Origin: Octopus vulgaris
Taxonomy: Eukaryota
Direction: 5' to 3'
Length of the DNA stretch: 64,000 nucleotides
Assembly (NCBI GenBank): GCA_951406725.2
Contig: OX597814.1
Coordinates: 21,142,001 to 21,206,000 of the forward strand
The position numbers were made by a program, and so were the translations under genes. The notes under the pieces are model-generated. The model had not been told where the DNA came from and made no database searches. It saw nothing but the letters and a program-made list of their open reading frames with translations. Below are positions 25,850 to 38,653 of this stretch, piece by piece. Within the stretch, counting starts at the first letter, position 1, and every line of letters starts with the position of its first letter.

Positions 25850-25895
25850 AACACAACGATTCGACTGATATACCCTCCAGCCTTCTTCAGGTGTC
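25850..25895 (-). ncRNA. Hammerhead motif, inverted partner copy (GAAA changed to GAAU)
   Basis: Minus strand GACAC-CUGAAGA-A-GGCUGG…UCAGUC-GAAUC-GUU-GUGUU. Stem I fully paired; A15.1 mutated. Confidence 0.6.
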
Positions 25896-25947
25896 TTGGG
25901 GAAATTTCGAACCTGGGTTCTCATTCCTAAGGTATTTTTCGATGTTG

Positions 25948-25997
<50 letters not shown>

Positions 25998-26041
25998 GTT
26001 GTTGTTGTTGTTGTTGTTCGATTCCAAGCAGTAACGTGAAC

Positions 26042-26097
<56 letters not shown>

Positions 26098-26173
26098 GAA
26101 GAAGAAGAAGAAGAAGAATAACAACATCGAAAAATTCCTTAGGAATGAGAACCCAGGTTCGAAATTTCCCCAA

Positions 26174-26219
26174 GACACCTGACGAAGGCTGGAGGGTATA
26201 TCAGCCGAAACGTTGCGTT
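26174..26219 (+). ncRNA. Minimal type I hammerhead ribozyme (Penelope-type)
   Basis: GACAC-CUGACGA-A-GGCUGG(agggtata)UCAGCC-GAAAC-GUU-GCGUU. Palindromic ACGU stem III; one mismatch in stem I. Confidence 0.7.
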
Positions 26220-26958
26220 AACAACAAAAAAGATGAGAACAAATATCCGTCGAATATAAATAATGTAAATAATGTACATAATTCCTCATCTCTTAAATAT
26301 AGAACTGTATTACTCACACGTATACACACATAAACACGGACATATATGCTCGCTCACACACATACATATGTACACAGACACATGTATACACACACATGCA
26401 CAACACACACACACATATAAATACAGACACAAACTCACGCATACAGGTGCGCACACATGCATACACGCGCGCATTCCACTGAATCGGCCTTGAACATGAC
26501 AGGCTACGTATTGTATTTTGTCAATTCTGGAAGGATCAAAGCTGAAGTCACCTTCTAACAGATATTACATTAAAATATAACACAGTGGACTTTAAACATT
26601 GCATGCCATTGTCTATGCCAACCTAACATAACAGCCGTTTCTAATACAAGTATGAATATATGGGTGTTGATTTTTATATATTTTAACTCTAGAAAGTTGA
26701 TGGACAAAGCAGAAATCCGATGGCATTTGAACATCGAACATAAAGCGTCACAACTCAACAATGTATTTCATTCCGTCTGATAATCTACCTATTCTTTTAA
26801 TCCGATATTCTATTAAAATTGATTGAACATTTTTAGAATTTATTTTATGTAAGACTATAACCATTTATAGTTGTGTATTGATTAAATTAGAAAAATGTAT
26901 ATGGTATATGTGATACATTTGAACAATACCCAAAATAAAGAAAGTGTGTGTGTTCATA

Positions 26959-26993
<35 letters not shown>

Positions 26994-27374
26994 CCGACAG
27001 ACAGACAATTTATAAATGTTCGTACTTATTTTATGAATTATATATATTTGGAGTGTTATATAAAATCTTATTCGAAAATATTATTGAGCAATAAAAATCA
27101 TTATCTAAAAACTAAACCATAATTATAAATCATATATCGTATTAATTTGTATACAGTCGCAAAAATTACTTTTCTATGCAGTCAAAAAATTTGCCGGGAG
27201 GTATAGAGAATTTCATCGTCCTAGATACTCTCCAACCAAACGAAGAATAAAAATAAATTTGCGTTCAGCCGAATTTCAATTTCAGAACATAAAGGGAAAT
27301 AACTCCATACTGCAAACCAATAAATCCTGTAACTTATCATTTCTGTAAATACACAGCCGTATATTCTCTATTCT

Positions 27375-27783
27375 CTTACTCTTTTACTTGTTTCAGTCAT
27401 TTGACTGCGGCCATGCTTGGAGCACCGCCTTTAGTCGAGCAAATCGACCTCAGGACTTATGTTTTGTAAGCCTAGTACTTACTCTATCGGTATCTTTTGC
27501 CGAACCGCTAGCTTACGGGGACGTAAACACACCAGCATCGGTTGTAAGCGATGTTGGAGTTGGGAGGGGGGGTAAACACAGACATACAAACATATACACA
27601 CGCATACATATATATATACATACATATATACGATGGGCTTCTTACAGTTTCCGTCTACCAAATCCACTCACAAGGCTTTGGTCGGCTCGAGGCTATAGTA
27701 GAAGACTCTTGCCCAAGGTGCCACGCAGTGGGAGTGAACCCAGAACCATGTGGTTGGCAAGCAAGCTAATTACCACACAGCCA
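27375..27783 (-). mobile_element. tRNA-derived SINE family A
   Basis: Reverse complement of 8858-9255; explains the spurious 248-aa ORF. Confidence 0.85.
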
Positions 27784-28434
27784 AATTTCTATTATAGACA
27801 CAAGCCAAAAATACTAGTTGTGGAATTTTTCTTTAGTAATTTGCTTGTAATTTATTCTATCAACACACATAGAGTAATTGTTAGATTTTACAGAATGTTA
27901 ACATTTTTCACCCACCCCGCCGGTGTATTTCTACCATTTCACGAATGGCCGGGCTCTAAATCAGTGAATTTCAAACGGGGTCCATATAGGATTTTGTCGT
28001 TAAAATTTATAAGCAATAAATTGGTTATACTTCTACAATACACAAAATGTTTTAACTTTATTTTTACACAATTCCTTATAATATTTAATTATAAAAATAT
28101 AATAAGAGTTTTTTTAAACATCGAATATCTATGACGGTTCAGTAGAATAAAATATGAATTAAAAGTGTCCATAGGCAAAAGGTGGTTGCGAATCACTGCT
28201 CTAAACCTTTGAATTCTCCTCTTCCCAAAAATCTTAAAACTCTTTCCATTTTGTTAATTTGTACCTAACATCTTTCAATACACACCATCGGTAATTTCTT
28301 TGGATTACTCTTCTCCAAGTGAAATTTAACCCCTTGTGGGCAATAAAAGAATAAATATCAGAGATGAAATGAATTCTCAAAGCAATGTCATTTTCAGCAA
28401 TTATATCATCCCAGCAATATACTACAACTGTAGG

Positions 28435-28640
28435 AACGGCGAGCTGGCAGAATCGTTAGCACGTCGGGCAAAATGCTTAGTGGCATTACGTTCTGAGTTC
28501 AAATTCCATCGAGGTCGATTTTGCTTTTCGTTCTTTCGGGGTCCATAAAATAATTACCAATTGAGCACTGGGATCGATGTAATTGCCTTATACCCCACCA
28601 CCGAAATTTCTGGCCTTATGCCAAAATTTGAAACCAATAT
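28435..28640 (+). mobile_element. SINE family B
   Basis: GGCGAGCTGGCAGAATCGTTAGCACG head. Confidence 0.8.
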
Positions 28641-29200
28641 TAGAAGTAAAATGGTGTTAATAGTCCCTTTACTAGTTAATATGTAGATAAATAATTGTTT
28701 CTTAATTAGAGTTGAAAGTACGACTAGAGTATTACGTGAAAATATAATGTAACTTTAAAACGACATATGAACTATACATAAAATTATTTCAGAGACTACT
28801 AAGATAAAATGATGAACTTCCATTCAATGTCAACGATGGACGCTCCATTGCTTGACCATTCCAAAAATTAATGCTTAAGCGGTTGGATATTTCTCGGGCA
28901 CATGTACTCCTAACGTAGTTCTCGGACAGAATCAGCTACAGGAGGCTGGTTCTTGGAGATTGGTACATTATCAATCCACAGATAAATAGAAAAAAAAGTT
29001 GGGAATCGCCTCCATCACCGGAATGATATTGAATATATCAACTCCCGAAGAATGAAAGGCAAACAAGATTTCAGTGGAACTTGATCACAAAGTGCAGAAA
29101 ACCGGAACGAGTGTCATTAGTAATTCAAGCAAATGGCTTGAAGTTTCCACCAATTCGTCAGTTTTAAAATAAGATAAACAGCATTTCAAAGGTAACATTA

Positions 29201-31473
29201 CGCTGTACAACAATGATTTTGCTACAGAGGAGAAATCATAATTTTCTGGAACAGTTTTTACCTAGATAATGAAAATGAACTCCGTTTTTCATGAACTGAC
29301 TCCAGTGTTTCGTAAAATGCGCCGTCACTAAACGGTATGTTTTTGCTAGAAAATGGGTATTTTTCAGTGAAAATAACATTTTTTTCCTAGAATTAAAACG
29401 AGTTTTCTGCAAAATGGGTTGTTATTAATAGTAAATACGTTATTTGCGTCTTTTATAAAAGGAAGAACATCTGTTTTTTAGTACAATATTTATGTTTTTT
29501 TCTATGTATAGCATCAGGTCTATCTCTCTGAAGAAACCAGCAAAAGTCAGCAAGCATGGCGGGACTCCACTTCCCCTCAGATCGAGTTTCCATTTGACTT
29601 ATGTCTTGGTGGAATCCCTCACTATGTTTGTTGCTGATGTCTGCTGCATTCTGAGGAAATAAAGCTAGATGCGAATGCAAATAGCGAACTTTTAACGACA
29701 TTATGATTTAGCACCCTAATGATTTGTACGAATCAATGAATTTTCCTACAAGTACTTCATTGTTGGCTGCTCTGCGCTTCCCATGTAGACCATTACATAC
29801 GTTTCTGAAACTTTGCCATGCATCCAATTCCAACATATTCAAGGTGTTTTCAAAATTATCGTTTGTCAAAAGTTGCCGAATTTGGGGACTGACAAACACG
29901 CCTTCTTTGATTTGCTCATGGCTTAGTTTGGGAAACTTAGTTTTCAAGTACAAAAATGGTGGCTCTTCCAGATTTAACTTCTTAACAAACTGTTTGATAG
30001 GACCTAATTTAATATGCAATGGAGGCAAACTTATTTTCTCCTTAAGAACCAGTGGTTCACGTATAACGTTATGTGAACCTATTTCTCATTCATTTCTCAA
30101 TGGCTATTCACTACGGATATAATGCTCTTACCAAGCACGGCTGTCCTATTGACACAAAAAGTACATGTACTAAGTAAACCCAGCCTACAAGCCAATTACA
30201 ATCACTACAATTTTCAAGTTAGCACAAATCAGCCATTTACACTCATTATATCTTATACAACCTAATGTGAACGATAAATTTTCATACGTTTCCTTTAGTG
30301 CAACAGAATGAGCTACAGGAACTGACGGAAGTTTATTACCTATGTGCGGTAGCACAGCTTTAGTACTATAAAGCGAAGAGTCTAAGAATAGCCACCACTC
30401 ACTAGGGTCGTAATTTAAGCCAAGATACTCAAAGAGTCCATTCATTTCAATTTTTTCTATTAAACCATCTGGACGATTTCGAAATTTTGCGATGCTGACA
30501 TCTTGAGTTTCCAAGTTTCTTTTCTTTAACCTAGAAAACAGTAAGTCGCTCTGCATTTTCGTTAATCTCAAATCCCGAACAAGATCGTTTAACTCATCCT
30601 GTGCAAGGGGTTTCGGTCCGGATTGTTCTGATGCAGGCACATACACCTCATCTTGTTCACAATTCTTTTCTGATTCACTAATATCGGATAAAACCATGTT
30701 TGCAGGTACCGTAGGTATCGGAATGCTGGCCGAATGAGGTGCAGTCCGAATGGCGGATTTTACATTCGGATACATCCCCGACTGCGCACTCTTCGTTGTT
30801 ATATCTGTTAAGAAAATAAATTATATTATAGCATTTCCTATATTTAATGTAACGAATAAAAATAAATATATTTAGATAAATTTATGCTAAGTTTACTGAA
30901 AATAAAAAACACACCTTTAACATCTACAAGATAGAAATAGTAGTCAGAATGGTGGTCTTGTGGTTCATGCCAATTCATTGGAATTCCAAACTGCATACTT
31001 CTTAACTTTCCCAAAGACCATTGGTAAATGCTGTGCAACATATATGTGGTGCCCAACTTTGATCTTGGTCTCCTATCATCACTCAAAAATATATAAATAA
31101 TACTGCTTGTTTTTTTTTTTTACCAATGGCGTAATAATTCTTGAATACTTCTGGAATGTCACAGCACCACAGCTATAACAATTTGTCTGGGTGATTTCTA
31201 CACAGACCTCTTGTTATTTTAATGCAATTTTTATTCTAATTAAAGATTTAATTAAATGTTTATAGGTATTTTATAGTTTTTTTTTCTCTGAAAATCTGAA
31301 AAATGAAAAATTGAATTATAAAAATACCCTAATATTAAAAAGCAGAATTACCATAAACTAAAGTCATTCTGTGAGAAACGGTTGCCATTTCTGTGATCTA
31401 CGCATAAAATTATCTTAGAAAACCTTATTCTCATCTCCGTAGTCGAAATAACGTTCAATTTTGTTGTACAGTA
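29201..31473 (-). mobile_element. Chapaev3-like (CMC) DNA transposon, near full length, decayed
   Basis: Transposase motifs WHEPQDHHSDYYF, YPNVKSAIR, WWLFLDSS, PPLHIKLG, MSLKVRYLHSHL, HSEGFHQDI and MLADFCW. Imperfect TIRs CGCTGTACAACAA / TTGTTGTACAGTA. Family assignment from recalled motifs. Confidence 0.7.
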
Positions 31474-31949
31474 TTTTCAGCGAAAAAAAAATGATACAAG
31501 GGAGACAACTCTGTATTTTTTCCTCTTGTTCTTACACTTCATAGTGAGTAGAGCCAAATGTTTTGTTTATCTCTGTTTTAGATAACACTTCATGTAATGA
31601 CACTAATTAGCAGAAATAGTAGAACACTATATGTCATTAATCAGATGCAGTATTTAGTGACATTACATTCTAGGTTCAAATCCAGGATGCATAGAACAAT
31701 TTAATTGACAATCCCCTTCAAGAAAATTTCTTTGCACACATCCATCAATACTATTATTATAACAAAAGAAATCATCATTATTATAATTAAAATATATTTT
31801 TAAGACAGTGGTAGTAGTAGTAGTAAGTCATTCGTCTGTGTCGCATCCAGTGCTTTAATAGGTACCAGTTCACCACTGTAATCGGCATACCTCACCTCTC
31901 CCTAAATTTACTAGCTCTTCTCCAAACTTTGAAACCATTATTATTATTA

Positions 31950-32360
31950 TTGAGTGAGAGAGCAGTTCATGCCATCAAAGTGACACTGGGGTAAAATATA
32001 CGAAGCCCAATATACCCATCATGACTTCCCGTCTGATAAGGGTACACCAGGCACATGCATCACAACCATACGTGCGCGACATGGTGATCTCATATCAAGG
32101 TAAACAGCGCATGACCTTGCAGGTGGGGCCCAGTCAGAATTTTCTTCTGGTCGAGTAGCCTATCCCGCTCAAAAGGTCCCTGAATAAGGGTTGTTTAAGG
32201 ATGTTGAAAGAACCACCCATGTTTCCAGAGGTGAATTATTCAAACCCCAAAGAATCCCTCTCAACACATGGCTATGATGCTCCCCCACTACTTCTGCTCG
32301 TGATCAGAGATGCACATATCGTCAGCCACTAAGGGACATGCTCAACTGGTTAAGGTCGTA
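31950..32360 (-). repeat. Interspersed repeat family D (probable LINE 3' UTR with (AAT)n tail)
   Basis: Homologous to 33180-33590; both preceded by (ATT)n on the + strand. Confidence 0.65.
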
Positions 32361-32499
32361 ATTTTAACCAATCAATGACGTGTATTCAGCTGAAGAAAAT
32401 TACTGCTGCTGTTTGCAAACAACAACTTCTGGGTCCCCTCTGAATTTTCAAAGTGTTTACTTAAAAGAAAAATTAATAAAAAAAATATGCTGGTCAGAT

Positions 32500-32848
32500 T
32501 GAAAAGATCCCGTCTTTGTTTATTTGTTGTGGACAAGATATCTCAAGAAATGCTAAATGGATTCAGATGAAACTTTCAGGGATAATTGGCCTCATGACTG
32601 GCACGAACTGATTAGATTTTGGGATCAATCTGGTGTCAGAGAAGGATTCTAGATTATTTTTTCGGTTTTTTTTTTTGTTGTTTTACCTAATTTTTGAGAG
32701 CAGCCGGGTTCATTTTTTAGTATTCTCGTTTGTGAGAGCAGTCGAGTTTATTTCAGATATTCTTATTTTAAAAACCATCTCCGGCTAATCGTTGAGAAGA
32801 CGTTAGCGTTGCCTTGGCGGAAGTTTGCGCCCTGTGAGTGCTCTTGTT
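32500..32848 (+). mobile_element. Non-autonomous Helentron/DINE-like element
   Basis: GGATTCAGATGAAACTTTCAGG…GATTAGATTTTGG body and CCTTGGCGGAAGTTTGCGCCCTGTGAGTGC 3' end resemble HINE-type elements. Confidence 0.5.
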
Positions 32849-33179
32849 ATTATTATCATCATCATCTTTCAATTCTGTTTCCATTTCTTGCCGAGTGTCT
32901 TCCTGGTACATTTGGAAGAGAAACTCACTGTATACATTATCAGGCAATTAAAATAAACACACCAGATTGTTCATTTACAGAGTCACGTGATAGAGAAAAA
33001 AGGGCAAATAGACAGAGAGAAAAAGGAAGAAAATTAAAAAGTAAACAAAGAAAATAGGAGCGTGGAACAAAAATTCCCAAACTCTTCTCAGTACCTGTGA
33101 CGTACTAGTTTAAACAATCTTCTGCACTTCCTGCATGTATGGTAAGCCAGAGATCTATTATTATTATTATTATTATTAT

Positions 33180-33740
33180 TGAGTGAGAGAGTAGGGCATG
33201 CCACCAAAGTGACACTGGTGTAAAATATATGAAGCCCATTATACCCATCATGACTTCCCGTCTTATAAGGGTACACCAGGCACATGTATCACAACCACAT
33301 GTGTGTGACATGGTGATCTCATATCAAGATAAACAGCGCATGACCTCGCAGGTGGGGCCCAGTTAGAATTTTCTTCAGACCGAGTAGCCCATCCCGCGCA
33401 AAAGGTCCCTGAGTAAGGGTCGTTTAAGGATGTTTTACTAGACACCCATGTTTCCAGAGGTGAATTATTCAAACCTCAAAGAATCCCTCTCAACACATGG
33501 CTATGATGCTCCCCCACTACATCTGCTTGTGATCAGAGATGCACATATCGTCAGCCACTAAGGAAGATGCCCAGCTGGTTTAGGTCGAACAACTGACAAG
33601 CAAATCTGTGGTATTGAACAGAATATTTGCTGTAGCCCATCTTTTATACCAAGACAAAACAATGTATATGATAACACTTCCAATCAGTTGAGATCAGAAG
33701 CCATGAGAGCCACTGCCTGGTACTGCATTAGGGCATTTAT
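33180..33740 (-). repeat. Interspersed repeat family D, longer copy
   Basis: Same orientation as and homologous to 31950-32360. Confidence 0.65.
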
Positions 33741-33800
33741 CTGGTACTGCATCAGGGCATCTTTACTTGGTACTGCTGCTGCATCATCATCATCATCATC

Positions 33801-33867
<67 letters not shown>

Positions 33868-33914
33868 CCACCACCACCACCACCACCATCACAACCATCA
33901 TCATCATCATTATT

Positions 33915-34735
33915 AAGGCGGCGAGCTGACAGAAACGTTAGCACGCCGGGCGAAATGCTTAGCTGTATTTCGTCTGTCATTACGTTGTGAGTTCAAATTC
34001 CGCCGAGGTTGACTTTGCCTTTCATCCTTTCGGTGTCGATAAATTAAGTACCAGTTACGCACTGGGGTCGATGCAATCGACTTAATACCTATGTCTGTCC
34101 TTGTTTGTCCCCTCTATGTTTAACACCTTGTGGGTAATAAAGAAATAGGTATTTCGTTTGCCGTTACGTTCTGAGTTCAAATTCTGCTGAGGTCGACTTT
34201 GCCTTTCGTCTTTTCGGGGTCAATTAAATAAGTACCAGTTGTGCACTGGGCTCGATATAATCGACTTAATCCGTTTGTCTGTCCTTGTTTGTCCTCTCTG
34301 TGTTTAGCCCCTTGTGGGTAGTAAAGAAATAGGTATGTTGTCTGTCTTTATGTTCTGAGTTCAAATTCCGCCAAGGTTGATTTTGCCTTTCATCCTTTTG
34401 GAGCCGATAAATTAAGTACCAGTTACGCACTGGGGTCGATGTAATCGACTTAATCCCTTTATCTGTCCTTGTTTGTCCCCTCTATGTTTAACCCGTTGTG
34501 GGCAATAAAGAAATAAGAATTGTTAGCACGACAGGAAAATGCTTAGCGGCATTTCGTCCTTCTTTACGTTCCGAGTTCAAATTCCGTCGAGGTCGACTTT
34601 GCCTTTCATCCTTTCGGGGTCGATTAAATAAGTACCAGTTACGCACTGGGGTTGATGTAATCGACATAATCCGTTTGTCTGTCCTTGTTTGTCCCCTCTA
34701 TGCTTAGCCCCTTGTGGGCAATAAAGAAATAAGAA
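33915..34735 (+). mobile_element. SINE family B with tandemly reiterated ~180-bp body (4 units)
   Basis: GAGTTCAAATTCCGCCGAGGTCGACTTTGCC…TAAAGAAATA repeats at ~33965, 34149, 34332 and 34550. Confidence 0.85.
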
Positions 34736-35329
34736 ACTGAAAGACACCTGTCGTATATGTACATGTGTATATATCTATAGGTGTGTGTCCGTGTGTTTGT
34801 GTTTGTCCTTCATCACAGCTTGACTACCGGTGTTGGTTTGTTTATGCACCTGTAACCTTGCGGCTCGGCAAAAAGAAACGTATAAGTACTAAGCTTAAAA
34901 TATGTACTGGGACCGATTTATTTGACAAAGCACTTCAAAGCAGTGTTCCATCATGATTGCAGTTGAGTGAATGAAACAAAAAAATGATAAAAAGATACTC
35001 ATCAAACTATTTTCATTTTGTTTCCACTATTTTCGCATGACTCTCTTCAATTATTTTCTTCTTAGTCACTAGATGTCATATGTTACTGGGGCAAAATATT
35101 TAATATTCCATCTGTTTGTTGTATAGAATACTTGCTCTGTGAGATCTCTTATTGTTAACTGTCAGTAGCCTTTTATGTGCTGTATAAATTGTAAGTTACT
35201 TTATATTATTTGGTGGCAATTGTATAGAATATGAGCTATGGGAGGGAAGAGTTATAGTAGCAGGTGCCGATTGTACTGAGCGAGTCAGTCTTTTTTTCTT
35301 TTGTCTTTGAGGTCATTTATATGAATATA

Positions 35330-36420
35330 GAAAATAGACGCATGACTCATCAAAGAAAAGCTATATTTGAAAACAAATTGGTACAAATAATCTTGAGAAT
35401 CCGTTCATCACAACCATTCAATGACTCCACTGTTAGTATCAATGACTGCTTCAATACAGGGTCGGAAGCATTGACGTACTCAAATCAGATGATCTGAATT
35501 TTCTCTCGACTATACCCCATACATAATAGTCCAGTGGATTGAGGCCTTGTGAGTTAGGAGGCCATGTGTCTGGGAGAACATGATCATGGAGCATGGCAAG
35601 CATCCATGCTTGGGTTATCCTAGCCTTATAAGATGGTATAGAATCTTGGAAGACGCATGGTCTCCCGTTGCGTACCCTCTCTATCTAGGGCCTCACAGCT
35701 CTCCCCAACACCTCCGTGTAGATAGTGACATTTAATCTTTCGCCTCGTTGCTGATGACCCCCAGAACCATCACAGTTGCCATGAGCTTAGTATATACAAC
35801 CGTTGGAACCTCATTCGGGTCTCTGGATAACTACCTAACATTCCTTCGGTTTACCTTTTGGTCCTGATCGAAATTTTTCTCATCCGAAAAAAAAACTCAA
35901 AGCATTCCAGGCCCTTTGTGTTTTAACTTGTTTAACAAGCACCTTGCATGCATCGAGCAATTATCTCTTGTCACATCCAATATAAACTGACCCCTCAGCG
36001 TCACATACGACTTATACCGGATGTTCTCATGCACAACTCTTCTGGTGGTGTACTCTGAAATATTGAATTCCTTTGCAATGCCTCTGACTGACTTTCTGGG
36101 ATTTTTATTGATTATTTCTTGGACGTTTTGTATAAAGTTATGTGTTATGATGGTATCAAGGCTCAGTGCATGAGTTTTATATTTAGCTGCTGATGTTGGA
36201 ACCACGTTAGCAGCTTCCAGCTCCTTTGGAACATTGACAATGAAGGAACGAGTAACTTTCAGGATCAAGCTATCTCAGAATAACTATACTGCACTTTTAG
36301 GGCAACGACTACAGCGCGCCTTTTCATTTACTGAGAGAACCTGATGCCTGACGTTATTTTTCTGAAAAGTAAGATAAAAAAGTAAGTTAGAAGAAAGTTA
36401 GAGTTCTTGAAAGAGGTACC
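35330..36420 (-). mobile_element. Tc1/mariner-superfamily transposon, maT (DD37D)-like, decayed
   Basis: INKNPRKSVRGIAKEF, FFSDEKNFDQDQKVNRRN, TVMVLG and WPPNSQGLNPLDYYVWG. Confidence 0.8.
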
Positions 36421-36599
36421 CTCAAAAAATTGTATTGTATCAATGGGTAGTATTTAAGTAGAGCATGTCCAGCATGAATTGTATAACTTGGTGGTGATTG
36501 TGTTGAGTATAAAATAATATAGGAAGTGGGCAATGCTGAGCAATACTATTTTTTCTATTTGCTGAGTTTGGAAGAAGAGGCTGACCTCATGACCCTTGC

Positions 36600-37010
36600 A
36601 GGCCTTCTGACACTGATGAGATTGATATTAACGTTCCATTTAAACTGTTGCAGGTCAATATTTGTAGGAAAGACATGAGCAGGGAAGAGGTTCCAGAAAG
36701 TTCTGGGAATAGTGGTTAGGTTGGGTGCTACAAGGGCGATGAATGGTGGAAAGAGATGGGCGGGTGGGGTTATCTTAGTGATCGGTCACATCTGAGGAAC
36801 AGAGACTATTATAGAAGTGTTAGAAAAAAAAGACAGTGAGAACGGAAACAAAAGGTTGGAGTGCATCCATTTGTGATGGTATACCAATCAGCCGAGTGAC
36901 CCTTCTCTGGATGCGGTGAAGGATATCAATTTCCGGAGCAGCAGTACCTTCGATTTGTGGTCGCAGCGCTCTAATTATGCATGTCAGAGGAATTAACGCA
37001 ATGAGGAAAA
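36600..37010 (-). mobile_element. CR1/Jockey-like LINE 3' end, decayed
   Basis: Minus-strand LHRIQRRVTRLI and FWNLFPAHVFPTNIDLQQFK. Confidence 0.55.
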
Positions 37011-38049
37011 GTAAATGGAGAGCGCATCGTTGTTGATGTTATTTCTCTACGTGACAAGATGTTTGTTCGTGAGTTCCGAAAGTATAAATTACGGATCTTT
37101 TCCTTTTGATGGACGGAATTTCTAGTTAACTAAACAATTTGAAACGGGAATTAATTAAAAATTAAAGCAAAAAGATAATTAACTCCGCCTTTGTTGACAT
37201 CTTTAACACGTGTTTAGATCAGAGAAATCTAATACACAGCTTGTGATGACGTCACAACAATCATTTCAATGACGCTCTATTACATGTTTAAAATTATAAC
37301 CAAATGTGTGTGTGTAGTCACTCTCGCAATTTTAACTAAGGGGAGGTAAAATTGTAGGTTTTTTTATGAGTTACTTCCCATTGACCATTAACTTTTTAAA
37401 ACTTTTTTTTAAAGTCTTTCTTTTCAAAGAGATTAATAATTTTGTCAGTCATTTTTAGCTAACCCCGAAACTTTGACACCCAGTCAAATGACTAACCAAC
37501 GCTTACAAGAAATAATTTACATTTAACCTACGATAGTCAGTACTGATTCTTCTGCTTGTCAGTTTTTGAATTGAATGACGCTTCAATGTTTAGATACGGG
37601 ACAAATCAATGGCTATATTTATTTTAATATTAACTTTCACTATTTATCAAAAGTTTTGGAGTTCTCTGATAGAAATGATTTACCGTGTTTTCTTATGTAT
37701 AAGTCGTGCTCATTTATAAGTCACACCTCTAATTTAGTGATAAATATTGATACAAAACTTTTTCCTTTATAGTTTGAGCTTTGCCCAGTGTATGTATGTA
37801 ATTATTCAGTTTATTTAAAGATTTGTTGCCAATAGAGAAAGGACCGGTTTCTGACCTAGATCCAAGGCTCCTTCATTGGAATTTCAACATCCACAACAGG
37901 GTATTTTTGTTTGTATATATGTACGTGTGTCTGCATGCCTGTATGCAAGTACGTATGTATGTATGTGTGTGTGTGTGTGTATATGACGTGGCAAGCCAAG
38001 TGATACTGTAACTGTGGCCTATTCCAGTGCAGCAAAACCAACCCATTTA

Positions 38050-38550
38050 AGAGTACCCTTCAATCATTGGGCAATAAACTGTGCTTGTGAAGACCTGTTG
38101 AGTCAAGTGAAGTCATTGTTGTGGCTGATGACAGTACCACCTGATTGCTATCCGTACCGGTGGCACATAAAAAGCACCATTTGATTGTGTGATCATTGCC
38201 AGTGCTGCCTGACTGGCTCCTGTGCTGGTGGCATGTAAAAAGTACCATCTGAGCGTGGTTGATGCCTGTGCTGGCTGACTGGTCCCATGCCAGTGGCACG
38301 TAAACAGCACCATTCAAGTGTGGTTGATGCCAGTACCACCTGACTGGCCCTTGTGCCAGTGGATTGTAAAAAGCACCCTCTACACTCTTGAAGAGTTTGG
38401 CCTTAGGAAGGGTATTCAGCTGTAGAAACTCTGCCAGATCACATTGGAGCCTGGTGCAGCCTTCTGGCTTGCCAGCCCTCAGTCAAACCATCCAAACCAT
38501 GTCAGCATGGAAAATGGATGCTAAAGTCAATGATGATGAAGATGATGATG
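38050..38550 (+). mobile_element. RTE-LINE 3' UTR with ~60-bp subrepeats and (GAT)n tail
   Basis: GGCACGTAAAAAGCACC subrepeats, AGGAAGGG…CAGC…TAGAAAC terminal block, (GAT)n. Confidence 0.7.
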
Positions 38551-38583
38551 ATATATATATACATACATACATACATACATACA

Positions 38584-38616
<33 letters not shown>

Positions 38617-38653
38617 GTATATATATATATATATTAATAAATAAAACATATGT

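Larger units (their letters stand above)
25803..26266. repeat. Fold-back structure of two inverted ~150-bp hammerhead-bearing arms joined by complementary (ATT)n/(AAT)n
   Basis: 25803-25950 is the reverse complement of ~26118-26266 with scattered mismatches. Confidence 0.9.

Noticed and set aside
27388-28134. 248-aa ORF
   Set aside because: Read-through of an antisense SINE plus AT-rich flank; no protein motif.
33684-33990. Gly/Asp-rich and Ser/Pro-rich ORFs
   Set aside because: (CAT)n/(CAC)n microsatellite between two repeats.
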